DNA from: Macrostomum hystrix
Lineage: Eukaryota > Animalia > Platyhelminthes
Reading direction: 5' to 3'
Assembly: GCA_950097015.1 (NCBI GenBank)
Contig: CATNEN010000037.1
Location: 124,001 to 188,000, forward strand
Length of the DNA: 64,000 nt
Shown: in pieces, positions 12,728 to 23,372 of the stretch
How the letters are laid out: each line of letters starts with the position of its first letter
Numbering within the stretch: position 1 is the stretch's first letter
Program-made: the position numbers and the translations under genes
Notes under the pieces: generated by a model
Database searches by the model: none
Seen by the model: the letters and a program-made list of their open reading frames with translations, nothing else
What the model was told of the DNA's origin: nothing

Positions 12728-13439
12728 ATGGCCGAGAGAAGAGCCGGAGATGATCGCAAGGACGCATATCAGAGGCGCCAGGTATTGGAGACAAGCGGAC
12801 CAATAGTGCCGCAGTTTGACGAACTTGACGCCGATGGCCAGCAAATGTTCGGCTTGTCTAACGCCCTTCTTAACTATAATATGCGGCAGATGCTTGCCGA
12901 TAGTGAGACTGTGCAGACTGTGCAAACTGCCACAGCCGAACTGGTCCACCCGCCTGAGTTAGTACTGACCGAATCGCCACTGACAGTCTTTGCTAACGCG
13001 GGCAGTTTTGGACATCAGTTGAGACAAATCTCCGATGATTTTCGTAATTCCCGATTTGCCAACGCTGCCAATGAGCTGGCTGACAGTATCAGACTGGACA
13101 GCGTCAACTATGACGGTTTTGTAAGCCAGCTGCGCGAACCTCTTCGACAAAGGTCCCAGCATTGAAGCCTTTGTTGCGCTGTTTCATTTCCTTGCTCGCC
13201 TACTCATGCGCTGCTACGCCGAGAACGGCCGAGCCGCGTTTGCCGAGATGTGCCGCTCCCTGCTGCGCTGGTTCCTGTTCTACCTGCTAGAGGAGCTGGT
13301 CAAATTTGCCGCCGATTTCATTCAGTCGCTGTCCGCAGCCGAGCGAAACCAGTTCATGCTGGGCTGCGCTGTCGGCGCCGGCGCCTGTGCCGTTTTCGCG
13401 CTATTGGGTTACTATGCTTACCGCAATTATCTGCGTTGA
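12728..13439 (+). CDS. Bcl-2 family (Bak/Bax-like) protein with C-terminal TM anchor, ~236 aa, interrupted by a +1 frameshift at ~13139
   Basis: BH3-like FGHQLRQISDDF in ORF 12728-13165. Removing one C from GAA-C-CTC-TTC gives NYDGFVSQLRELFDKGPSIEAFVALFHF (BH1 position), which continues into ORF 13206-13439 ending in a hydrophobic tail plus YRNYLR. Could be a pseudogene or a base-call error. Confidence 0.72.
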
Positions 13440-13538
13440 CGACTCATTCGAGGTCACCTGTGATTTGGTTTGATGAGGACTTCTAAATGTCGCTTAATTT
13501 GTGGTACCTCTGTTGGGTTTGGGGTTGGGTTCTGTAGA

Positions 13539-13835
13539 GGTTGTAGCCTTGTGGTTAGAGCGTCGGACTCACGACTTGAAGGTCGGGGGTTCGATTCCTG
13601 ACTACACTGAAACAATTTGTGTCCTTTAGCAAGACACTTAACTCTGCATTGCTTCAATTCACCCAGCTGTTAAATGGGTACCAGCATTAGCTGGGATAAT
13701 TGAAGGTGGGTGTGGCGTCCACCCAGTCCATAGACTGAACAGCTGTACGCAGCCTTCAGATGCGCCGCGCAATAGCTGCGGCTGTGCTGTCGGCTGCACA
13801 TCTGGCCCAATCGGACAGGTGTAATCAATAATTAT
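13539..13835 (+). mobile_element. tRNA-derived SINE, family A (most complete copy)
   Basis: A-box GTGGTTAGAGC, B-box GGTTCGATTCC, central GCAAGACACTTAAC...CACCCAGCTGTTAAATGGGTACC, AT-rich tail; three other copies in the window. Confidence 0.85.
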
Positions 13836-13897
13836 TCATATTGAATTATTATTGATAATTGGGTTTCAAGACTTTTAAATGTGGCTTTTTTGTAGTT

Positions 13898-14260
13898 AAT
13901 AATAATAATATTGCAGGAGTGCTGCGGGAAATGGCACATCATATAGTTACACTAGACCCGCAGCCAGCGACGACGCTATTCTGCCCATTCTACTGACTCC
14001 TGAGCACACACGCAAACAGATGCTGTACGCAGGCACACGCTCACACAGGTGTGTACATCTGCCCTGACTTTCTCATCGTCAGGCAGTGTACACTCTCACT
14101 GTACCTTGGAGGTTTGCCCTCAATGGCGTAAATTGCACGACAAGCCTCCAAGCCTTCTCTCCGAGGCTGCGCCCCAAATTAATGTGGCTTCCCCGCGGAA
14201 TCGAACTTAGGGACCTTGGTGCGAGAGGCAAACGCCTTAACCGCTCTGCCACTCACCCCC
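13898..14260 (-). mobile_element. tRNA-derived SINE, family B
   Basis: Minus-strand head GAGTGGCAGAGCGGTTAAGGCG...GTTCGATTCC and (ATT)n tail; four other copies in the window; tail-to-tail with the family A copy. Confidence 0.85.
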
Positions 14261-14842
14261 TCTCGTTTGTCTTCACCTGTGATTTAGTTTGAAAACTTCC
14301 AAATGTGCTTGTAATGCTTTAAATGTCCTTTTTAGCTGTGTAAGTGAATCTCAGACTGATTGAAACTTTCAATAATTGTCTTGGTTACAAAATACTGTTG
14401 CCGTAATTGTTTTTTTGCTTGTTCGTTCAATCGTTTAAGCGAATCAATTATAAAATGTTATTTATTTGTAACTATACTCATAACAGTTTTTGCTAACCTA
14501 TATACTAACTTTTTATTTGAAGCCCTTTACAACTGCTCACTAACAAAATTTGCCAAATTATATTTTTAACAATATCCGACCATGTCGATTTTTTAATCGA
14601 AACATCGTGATTGCTGTATGTTGTTTATACCACTTTCTAACGTATTTTAGCTTTCTCTTATTCGATCCCGTTTATAACGCTGCCCAAAGTACACAATAAA
14701 TTTATTATTACTTTTTTGTTGACATAAAAATCTTCCACTCTTCATGACTACATTTTTTATGGCATTAATCCAATTTTAAATATTCAAATTTTACCGCTAA
14801 AATATATTTTATTTTGCCTATCCAAATCAAGAAAGAATAAAG

Positions 14843-15520
14843 ATCCTTATCCTAAAATCAAGATCCCTTATCCTAGAATCTAGATCCATATCCTAGAATC
14901 TAGATGCATATCCTAGAATCTAGATCCATATCCTAGAATCTAGATGCATATCCTAGAATCTAGATGCATATCCTAGAATCTAGATCCTTATCCTAGAATC
15001 TAGATCCCTTATCCTAGAATCTAGATGCATATCCTAGAATCTAGATCCATATCCTAGAATCTAGATCCCTTATCCTAGAATCTAGATCCATATCCTAGAA
15101 TCTAGATCCATATCCTAGAATCTAGATCCATATCCTAGAATCTAGATCCTTATCCTAGAATCTAGATCCATATCCTAGAATCTAGATCCCTATCCTAGAA
15201 TCTAGATCCTTATCCTAGAATCTAGATCCATATCCTAGAATCTAGATCCTTATCCTAGAATCTAGATCCATATCCTAGAATCTAGATCCTTATCCTAGAA
15301 TCTAGATCCATATCCTAGAATCTAGATCCATATCCTAGAATCTAGATTCTTATCCTAGAATCTAGATCCATATCCTAGAATCTAGAACCCTTATCCTAGA
15401 ATCTAGATCCCTTATCCTAGAATCTAGATCCATATCCTAGAATCTAGATCCTTATCCTAGAATCTAGATCCATATCCTAGAATCTAGATCCTTATCCTAG
15501 AATCAAGATCCCTATCCTGA
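14843..15520. repeat. 20-bp minisatellite (TATCCTAGAATCTAGATCCA), ~34 copies
   Basis: Tandem copies. Confidence 0.96.
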
Positions 15521-15593
15521 ATCAAAATCAGTCCCAAGCCGCTAAGCTCTGCTCACAATGATCGTCTTTTCCAGCTGAGCTTCAGTAGCAGCA

Positions 15594-16025
15594 ATGTCGA
15601 CAGACCAGCAGCCGCAGGTTATTGTTCTTGCTATCGCCGTAGCCTTAGCCCTAGCCTTAACCCCGGTGAGCGGCCACTCGGATCCCATGGGAGTTCACAG
15701 CTCGGAGCACCTGGCTCACCACATGCGAGACTTTAGTCTGGGCGATTCGGTCGGCCCCGTGGATCAGCGCGAGCAGCAGGAGTACTATTATTTCAAGATG
15801 CACGATTTGGACAACAATGGCCGTTTGGACGGCGCCGAGCTGGTCAAATCGCTGCTGGACCATTCGGGGCGAGGCCACGAGGGCGAGGCGTCCGCTCCGT
15901 TGGGCGAGCACAATCTGGAGGCCACCGTGGATCAGATTCTGCGCGATGAGGACACGAACGGCGACGGCTACATCGACTACACTGAGTTCGTGGCTGCTCA
16001 ACGGCGCAATGCGGCGGGACTATAG
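15594..16025 (+). CDS. MCFD2: MCFD2-like secreted EF-hand protein, 143 aa
   Basis: Signal peptide VIVLAIAVALALALTPVSG, EHLAHHM, YYYFKMHDLDNNGRLDGAEL (EF1), VDQILRDEDTNGDGYIDYTEF (EF2). Confidence 0.9.
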   Translation: MSTDQQPQVIVLAIAVALALALTPVSGHSDPMGVHSSEHLAHHMRDFSLGDSVGPVDQREQQEYYYFKMHDLDNNGRLDGAELVKSLLDHSGRGHEGEASAPLGEHNLEATVDQILRDEDTNGDGYIDYTEFVAAQRRNAAGL

Positions 16026-16049
16026 TTAGCGAAATTGTGGGGATCTGGG

Positions 16050-16210
16050 TCCTGGGATCTGAGATGACTAATGGGATCTGAGATGCCTAATGGGATCTGA
16101 GATGCCTAATGGGATCTGAGATGCCTAATGGGATCTGAGATGCCTAATGGGATCTGAAATGCCTAATGGGATCTGAAATGCCTAATGGGATCTGAGATGC
16201 CTAATGGGAT
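16050..16210. repeat. 19-bp minisatellite (GAGATGCCTAATGGGATCT), ~8 copies, in MCFD2 3' UTR region
   Basis: Tandem copies. Confidence 0.92.
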
Positions 16211-16694
16211 TTTGTGCTTATATGGAACTGCGCCGAAATCCTGTCGTTCTTGCAGTTGCTTCCCCTACATTTCATTTACTCTTTCCTCTATTATGGCTAT
16301 AATATAAAGTATTATTTTTTATTTTCCTTTTTTCCCTCCTGAAGGTAGCAATTTAATCGTGCCAACACATTATATGCTTTCTCTAACAGTACTTAGCGGG
16401 TTGTTTTTTTTCTGCTACAAAGACTCGTGTTTTTGGCTAGTCTTTGTTCATTCGCGCATTGTGCTGCAACTGCAATATCTATTGTTTTACTCTTGCATGT
16501 TTCATCATTTTTGGTGCCTTTTAGTTAAAAACTTTCTTTCTGATCGACAGCTAGTTTTGTGTTGGGAGTGTCATTTTTAATTACGGTAGCTCAATAAATG
16601 TTATGTAAAGTAATAGGCCATTTTTGGTTCCGTTCTACTAGATTTTGAATAAGCGAACAATGGTCTTTTATTGTCTATAATTTATTCATTTTAA

Positions 16695-16912
16695 TAATTG
16701 ATAATTGATTACACCTGCCCCAATTTGGTCAGATGTGCAGCCGACAGCACAGCCGCAGCTATTGCGCGGCGCATCTGAAGGCTGCGTACAGCTGTTCAGT
16801 CTATGGACTGGGTGGACGCCACACCCACCTTCAATTATCCCAGCTAATGCTGGTACCCATTTAACAGCTGGGTGAATTGAAGCAATGCAGAGTTAAGTGT
16901 CTTGCTAAAGGA
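16695..16912 (-). mobile_element. SINE family A, 5'-truncated copy
   Basis: Near-identical reverse complement of ~13620-13835; lacks the tRNA head. Confidence 0.88.
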
Positions 16913-16944
16913 CTCTTCTGAAACAATAATACACTAATCACCCC

Positions 16945-17257
16945 TATACAATAATTAGCACTGCGCCTCAGTGCGGCCTTGCCTAAACTTATCAGCATGT
17001 CACCCAAGTGTGCCTGCATCATCTCCGTCTTCGGACTCTTCGGTGGTCACCTACCTTTATTAAGACTGACTGCTGGACCTTCAAGGGCTTCAACAGGTCG
17101 AACTAGGCCACTATGGACACCCTGACGCGAATTTCTCCAATTATAATGATCGAGCCTAAATATTAGGCGCAGCTCAACCACAGGACACCATCGCCTAGTC
17201 TGTCAACCAATCAGTTTGTCACCACCCAACGCTGTTAGCATTCAGGCGCTGGCAAAA
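16945..17257 (+). repeat. Dispersed repeat family C, copy 1 (unclassified)
   Basis: Collinear reverse-complement match to 19141-19498 (e.g. AGTCTGTCAACCAATC, GCTGGACCTTCAAGGGC, TGTCACCCAA.TGTGCCTGCA). Confidence 0.7.
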
Positions 17258-17544
17258 CAGTTCTGAGGGGGGAATCTCCCCCTCCGTATAAAAACGGTCG
17301 GCAAAATGGCTTGGTAGTCCTACTGTTAAAAACAGTATGCAACTTTTCCTGGGTGCGGTATAAGTAAACTAGAGCCGAGCAACGTGCGCGGTGTACCTAT
17401 TTTCATAGTGACCCAATAAAGACAATTAAAGTTAAACTTCGACCAACGAACCAGATATTCGCCATGTACTCAGCTAACCGCTACCGACTGCGGGCTTACC
17501 TATAAGTCAGCTAATAAGTGAGTTGGTGAGCGGAGGATTGTAAT

Positions 17545-17670
17545 TGTAGCCTTGGTTAGATCGTCGGGCTCACAACTCAAAATGTTGGGGTTCGATTGTC
17601 GACCACACAGAAAAAATTGTCCTTTAGCATTGCTTGAGTTCACCCAGCTGTAAAATGGGTACCAGCATTA
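17545..17670 (+). mobile_element. SINE family A, degenerate 3'-truncated copy
   Basis: TTGTAGCCTTGGTTAG...GGGGTTCGATT...TTCACCCAGCTGTAAAATGGGTACCAGCATTAG, then runs into a tandem array. Confidence 0.78.
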
Positions 17671-17895
17671 GCAGCAGGTACCAGCATTGGCAGCAGGTAC
17701 CAGCATTTGGCAGCAGGTACCAGCATTGGCAGCAGGTACCAGCATTAGCAGCAGGTACCAGCATTAGCAGCAGGTACCAGCATTGGCAGCAGGTACCAGC
17801 CTTGGCAGCAGGTACCAGCATTGGCAGCAGGTACCAGCATTAGCAGCAGGTACCAGCATTGGCAGCAGGTACCAGCATTGGCAGCAGGTACCAGC
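17657..17895. repeat. 19-bp minisatellite (GGTACCAGCATTGGCAGCA), ~12 copies, derived from SINE A
   Basis: The unit contains the SINE A internal motif GGTACCAGCATTAG. Confidence 0.93.
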
Positions 17896-18239
17896 ACAAA
17901 TCGAAAGTCGCACAAAATTGGTTAATCTCCATCCTTAATTGGTCAGTCAAGTTAAACCCATTTGGATTAGTCTTAGCATAAACCGAATCATAATCCCAAC
18001 CAATGGCGAAAATGTTAACCCCGTCGGACCTCAAATGCTCAGCAGAGTTAAATATACCCCCCCGAAAAAAAAATAATATAAAGCCTGAAGTTAGGAGCAT
18101 ATACATTTTTTGATTCCACAGTTCAGTCTCTTAGCGAGCTTATATTTAAATCCAAGCCGCTAATTCCGCACATAATTTCAATCAATCTAACGACTGTCAT
18201 TTCGAAACAGTCCGTCAAAACGAAACGCTGTCAAAAAAT

Positions 18240-18632
18240 TTACTTGGCAACCGTTTTGCGCTGACCCTTCATGATGGCCGAGGCGCGACGCAGGGCGGCC
18301 AATTCCAGGTCGCGACGATAGCGCCGCTGGCGCAGGATCTTCTTGACGGCGCCGAGTACACCGCGCGGACCGCGACGCTGCAGTGGCACTCGTGAGTGAC
18401 TGCGGGCAGGGCGATTCGCCTGGCGTTGATTGCGCAGCACCAGTGTGACGCCAGATTTGCCAGTGGCCGGAGCTTCAATGCCGACTGTTTTGCGATGAAT
18501 AAGGCCATTGGAGTTGAAGCAGTGCCGATTCTTTAGATTTCCAGGCTCAGTTGAGAAGGCTTTACAGCCGCGCTTCACCAAGAAGCTGTTGTTGCGCTTG
18601 ATAAGCTCCCACTGCAGGTCGGCGCTGGCCAT
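18240..18632 (-). CDS. RPL28: 60S ribosomal protein L28 (eL28), single exon, 130 aa
   Basis: MASADLQWELIKRNNSFLVKR, FSTEPGNLKNRHCFNSNGLIHRKTVGI, YRRDLELAALRRASAI. The true ATG is at 18632; the ORF track start at 18659 is a non-ATG extension. Confidence 0.97.
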   Translation of the reverse strand: MASADLQWELIKRNNSFLVKRGCKAFSTEPGNLKNRHCFNSNGLIHRKTVGIEAPATGKSGVTLVLRNQRQANRPARSHSRVPLQRRGPRGVLGAVKKILRQRRYRRDLELAALRRASAIMKGQRKTVAK

Positions 18633-19140
18633 GGCTCTGTTTTTGTGTCTTGTTTTCACTCGCTAATTAACTAATTAAAAGAGACTTGCGCCAAATCCAC
18701 TTGCTGAAATTATAACAAAAGCATATTTTTGAAGTTCACACTAATTAGTTTTTTGTTCTTTTCATGCTAAATAGAAATCCCTTTTAAATCAAAAGATATT
18801 TCAGTCCTTAGTTGATTCTATGTGACTTCAGTCTAATGCAACAAAAATGTGTGCCTTTTGTTCCACTTAATAACTTGAGAGAACACGCACACACAAAGTT
18901 GACTCATTGCATATAAAAGGTAAAAAAACAAAAAATGATATTTCACAATGATGCTATCAATCTCAAATCCAGTAAAATATTTAAAAAATATTTAAAACCA
19001 GTCTGTATTTCTATAAAACATAGATAATAAGAAAAATATTATTTTGCTATATAAATAATCATTATACCTCTTTAACAGTTGGATTACTAAGCCAATTCTG
19101 ACCATTTTTATACTAAGTGGGAATTTCCCCTACCCAAATT

Positions 19141-19498
19141 TTTTTGGCAGTGCCTGAATGCCTGAAGCCTTAGGTGGTGACTGATTGGTTGACAGACTTG
19201 GCAATGGTGTCCTGTGGTTAAGCTATGCCTAATATTTAGGCTTTGCCAGTGAAATAGGATAAATTTGTATTAGGATGTCCACTGTGGCCTACTTCAATCA
19301 GTTGTAGCCTTGACTTGATCACTTGCTTGAACAATCACTTGAACAGTTGTACTTGTAGCCCTTGAAGGTCCAGCTGTCTGTCTAGATAAAGATGGGTGAC
19401 CAACAAAGACAGAGATGCTGCAGGCACATTTGGGTGACACAAGAATAAGTTTTGAAGGCCTAGCAATGCCACACTGAGGCAGAGTGCTAATTTGTATA
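19141..19498 (-). repeat. Dispersed repeat family C, copy 2 (inverted relative to copy 1)
   Basis: Diverged reverse-complement match to 16945-17257. Confidence 0.7.
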
Positions 19499-20409
19499 TT
19501 TTTGTGAATAAAATACTATTGTGCATATGGAAAATATTCAGACCTTTGGTCCCCCCTGGTAGTGTTATTGTTAAACCTTTCACTTTTATATATATTTCCA
19601 TGCCATATTATTTTATTTTTTATAATTAAAAGTTTTTTGTTAATAGGCAGACAAACTTGCAGTAAACAAAACAAACCCACAATGTATAAGGTTGTTTGGC
19701 ATTCCAAATCAATAGAATCTAAATTAGCAATTTTGCAATTTTATGATTGCCTCTATATTTTACTATTAGGCCAACTTGTAAAGTCAGGCAATGTTTCAAT
19801 TTGTTTCACAAAATTATTTTTCAAACTGATTTGAACTCACACAATCATTGTGATGTGTAATATGACATGGCAAGGGTCACAGACATATGCTGATGTAGCT
19901 TTGCAAGGTTTTAAATGCTGATGTAGATTTGGGGGATTAAGTTCTATAGATATATGCAGGCTGTGTGCTGGGGCTGCCGCTGGGATGACTGGCAAAATAT
20001 AGAATGTATCTTGATTCTCTTAACTGCTAATATTTCTCTATGTTTTAAAAGTTCAAGTAGTAGCTCATTACTACCCATTGTAATTTTCTTCTGAATTACT
20101 AATTAAATGACCATTTTTACTTGTTTCTGTTTGTTGTTCTTTGATTATTTCATTGTCTTTTGATATTCCATGATGAGGACTTGCAATCTCAAAAGGAAAA
20201 AAAATGCATAAAACAAAGTAAAACATTGGGCATAGTTCTAGTTTACTTTGTTTATTATTTCATAATTCTACTTTACTTTGGACTATATTAATTTGATGTA
20301 TTTGCTTACTCTTACCACAACCCTTTCAGCCATTATGGCTGGTTGCCCAGCTGCACCAACAGTTATTTGCCCTGCAAATGAAATTGTTAATGCTTTTAAA
20401 CTATACTAA

Positions 20410-20580
20410 AAGAAACTTTGGAATTTGCAAGATGGTGGAAGCCAGTTGTGATGATTTCACTACCATGAAGTGGCTTGCGAAGCATCACCTGATTTCCTAC
20501 CAGGTAAGATGCACTCAATGTGACATAGACATGCATCTGCAATGCAGAAATGGAAGCATGTTTGTAGACGGCTATACCCT
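20410..20580 (+). mobile_element. Possible Merlin/IS1595-like transposase N-terminal remnant
   Basis: MKWLAKHHLISYQVRCTQCDIDMHL....FVDGY resembles the W-L...C-x2-C...M-x-L...DG zinc-ribbon start of Merlin-type transposases; no DDE core seen. Confidence 0.28.
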
Positions 20581-23019
20581 GTTTATTATCCTGTTTAAGA
20601 CCTCTAACCTGAAATTGATAGAAAAACTGGCTAAAATAATTTAATGAAGGGCAGAATAATATAAAAAGTAAACTATAACTATGCCAAACATTGCATAAAG
20701 TCATTCTATATTTGAAATTAAAACACAAACATATAAGCTATTAGCTACTTGCTTATTGTCTCTGTGATGTGTGAAGATCAGTCATAAGAAAACAAAAAAA
20801 TATAGCTAGGCCTAACATTTTATCCCTTTTCAGAAGACTGTGCTTTTTAATTAATTTAATTATTTATGTTTTATTTAAAACATATATATAAGGTATCCTT
20901 CTGCAAAAATACTGCAATACATTTTATGGTTAAATTTGGCCTGTCCATCTGTATAAGAATAAATAAGTCTCAGATCATAATTTATACGGTGTGATGTTTC
21001 ATTTTTATTCCCAAATGTAAACAGCATTTCATAGACCTGCAGAAAAAGCCTCAATTCAGTGCAAAATAGCCATATGCCAATAACAAAGACAAAGACAGTG
21101 CATAAGTCTACTTTAAGTTAGGGAACGGTTTAGATTCAGAAAAAGATTCAATTTGTGGTCGAGCTGGTTCGTTCGTTCGTTCGTTCAAAAATGTATTATC
21201 GATTTGTCAGTTAAAACAAAAGTGGAAAATTACCATTGCAAGCTTTCGCAGCTGCCATAATCCAAAAAACAAGCTATGCTTTTTTTTCGTAACATTTACC
21301 TACTATTTGCTGGTCACATTTGCGTTTCTAAAAAATATTCTTTAGACGGTTCAATTTTATGAAAATTCTAAGAAGTGTGCTTTGTTTCGTCCAAAATTTA
21401 CAAAATTACAAAGTACAAAAGCAAAACGATTTATAGTGCATACATTTCATCTTGTGTCCCACAATTTTGCTAGGTTTGTTTCTCCCTCTTTTTTTCTTAG
21501 CTTAATACTAAAAAAAGTACTTGATTTAGCCACTTTGTAATACTATATTTGCAGAAATGATTGTAAGCAAGCTTCTGACTAGCTCCTGTCCAAGAAAATA
21601 TTGCAAAGAGCCAAATAGTGCTGCGATTGGTTTCTCTTTTTTATACAATTTTTACATTATTCTTCTTCAACTTGCGCTTTTAGTTTCATGACAATGTTGC
21701 CATGTTAGCAAGGGTCTGTGTGAATAATATGTGTGTGGTTAAAGTCCTCACTATTCACATGGGACCATTCAAGCAGTCCTATTTGCCTTACCTAACCTCT
21801 AATATGAAACAGGTCACGTCCTGACCTGGTTCATTTATGGATAGCTAGCTAGTGTAGTGATTATTATAGTTAATTTAGGTACTTAGTTAGGCCCCTGATG
21901 GGCTCCAGTGAGAAATTAAAAATTCCATATTTTTGGTTTTCTTGTGTTACAGATCTTGCTTGTCTGAGTTAAAAGACTCATCAAAATTGGTCAAGTAGGG
22001 CCTAGGCCTAATAAAAAAGTTATAACAATTTTTGATCAACATTTTAGTTGTTTTCGTAATGTATTTTTCCCATAAGGGGCTATGATCCAGATGACCAGGT
22101 GGCAATATTTTATTTGTTTAATGGATTTTAGAATGTCCAAAAGCATATAGCTCATTTTTTCGTTATCTACACTATAGAATATATATCTTCTATTAACACT
22201 CAGTATTAAGGTATTAAATTTTGATTTTACATTGAATAGGATTACTATGCTGACAAGACATGGTTATTTGTTTACAATATACAACTCTTTTGGCTTTAAA
22301 GAAGTGGCAAAGCCATACCTATTCCATAGCTTAACAAATAGATGTCGCATAGACATCAATTTACTATTTACAGTCAATTGCAAAAGCCATCTGAAATACG
22401 TAATGGGGGTACATTAGAGAAACATGTTTCCAGGAGATTCCCCTAAAGGAAAATAAAAAGGTTTGAGTATATCATATTCTACATAAAATTATACATTAAA
22501 TTTTAATGGGATACACTTGGAAAACACTATAATATAAACAATGATTGAAAAAAGAAAAACAAAATTTCAACCATAAAATTTGCAAAGAAAAAAACTGTCT
22601 TTTACTAAAAAAGATTTGCTAATATAAATTTTTATATCCTCTTTCTTAATTTTTAATTTGTTTATTTCAGTATGAATGCATTAGTAAATTTTTTTAGTTC
22701 TACTTAAAGTAGTTTTTTCTAAATTTAAATCACACAGCAAATACTTTAAAAAGCAAATTTTGGCACCATGTAACTTTTTTTGTACTAATTGTAGTGTATA
22801 AACACTTGTTGTAAAGTAAATTTTATCTTCTTTCTATTGATAATAGGCTTTATTTTCTTAAGATAAAATTTATGTTCTTTTTTCATCAGAACATAGCATT
22901 GTTTTTTATCTTTTTTTCATTTTTCATTTTTTTGCTCACTAGAGTCCCTAACTTAGTTAATTAGCTAGTTAGTTAGCTAGTTAATTTAGTTAGTTAATTT
23001 AAGCTTAATACTTAATATG

Positions 23020-23372
23020 TAATAATTGCAACAGGGCTGTGGGCAATTGCACATCATTTATGGAAATTAGATCCATAGCCAGGAAGGAGGCAATTCTGCC
23101 GGTGACTCCTGAGCACACAAATACACTAATACTGTACACAGGCATACACTCACACAAGTGTGTACATCTGCCTTGACTTTCTCATCATCAGGCTGAGTAT
23201 ACTTCACTGTGCCTAGGAGGTTGGCCCTCAAGTACATAAATTGCATGACAAGCCCTCCCCAAGTGTTCTCTCTGCAGCTGCCCCCCCCAAATGAATGTGG
23301 CCTTGTATGGAATCAAACTTAATGACCATGGTATGAGAGGCAAATGCATTAACTGCTCTGCCACCAACCTCC
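23020..23372 (-). mobile_element. SINE family B, diverged copy
   Basis: Collinear with 13898-14260 (GACTCCTGAGCACAC, GTGTACATCTGCC.TGACTTTCTCATC.TCAGGC, CTCTGCCAC). Confidence 0.8.

Noticed and set aside
13121-13167. Micro-intron explaining the Bcl-2 frame break
   Set aside because: GTAAGC is donor-like, but the AGs at 13152, 13159 and 13167 do not restore the downstream frame, and splicing would delete the conserved RELF segment.
13539-13615. tRNA gene
   Set aside because: It has A/B boxes but no complete cloverleaf I can fold, and it continues into a body repeated elsewhere; it is a SINE head.
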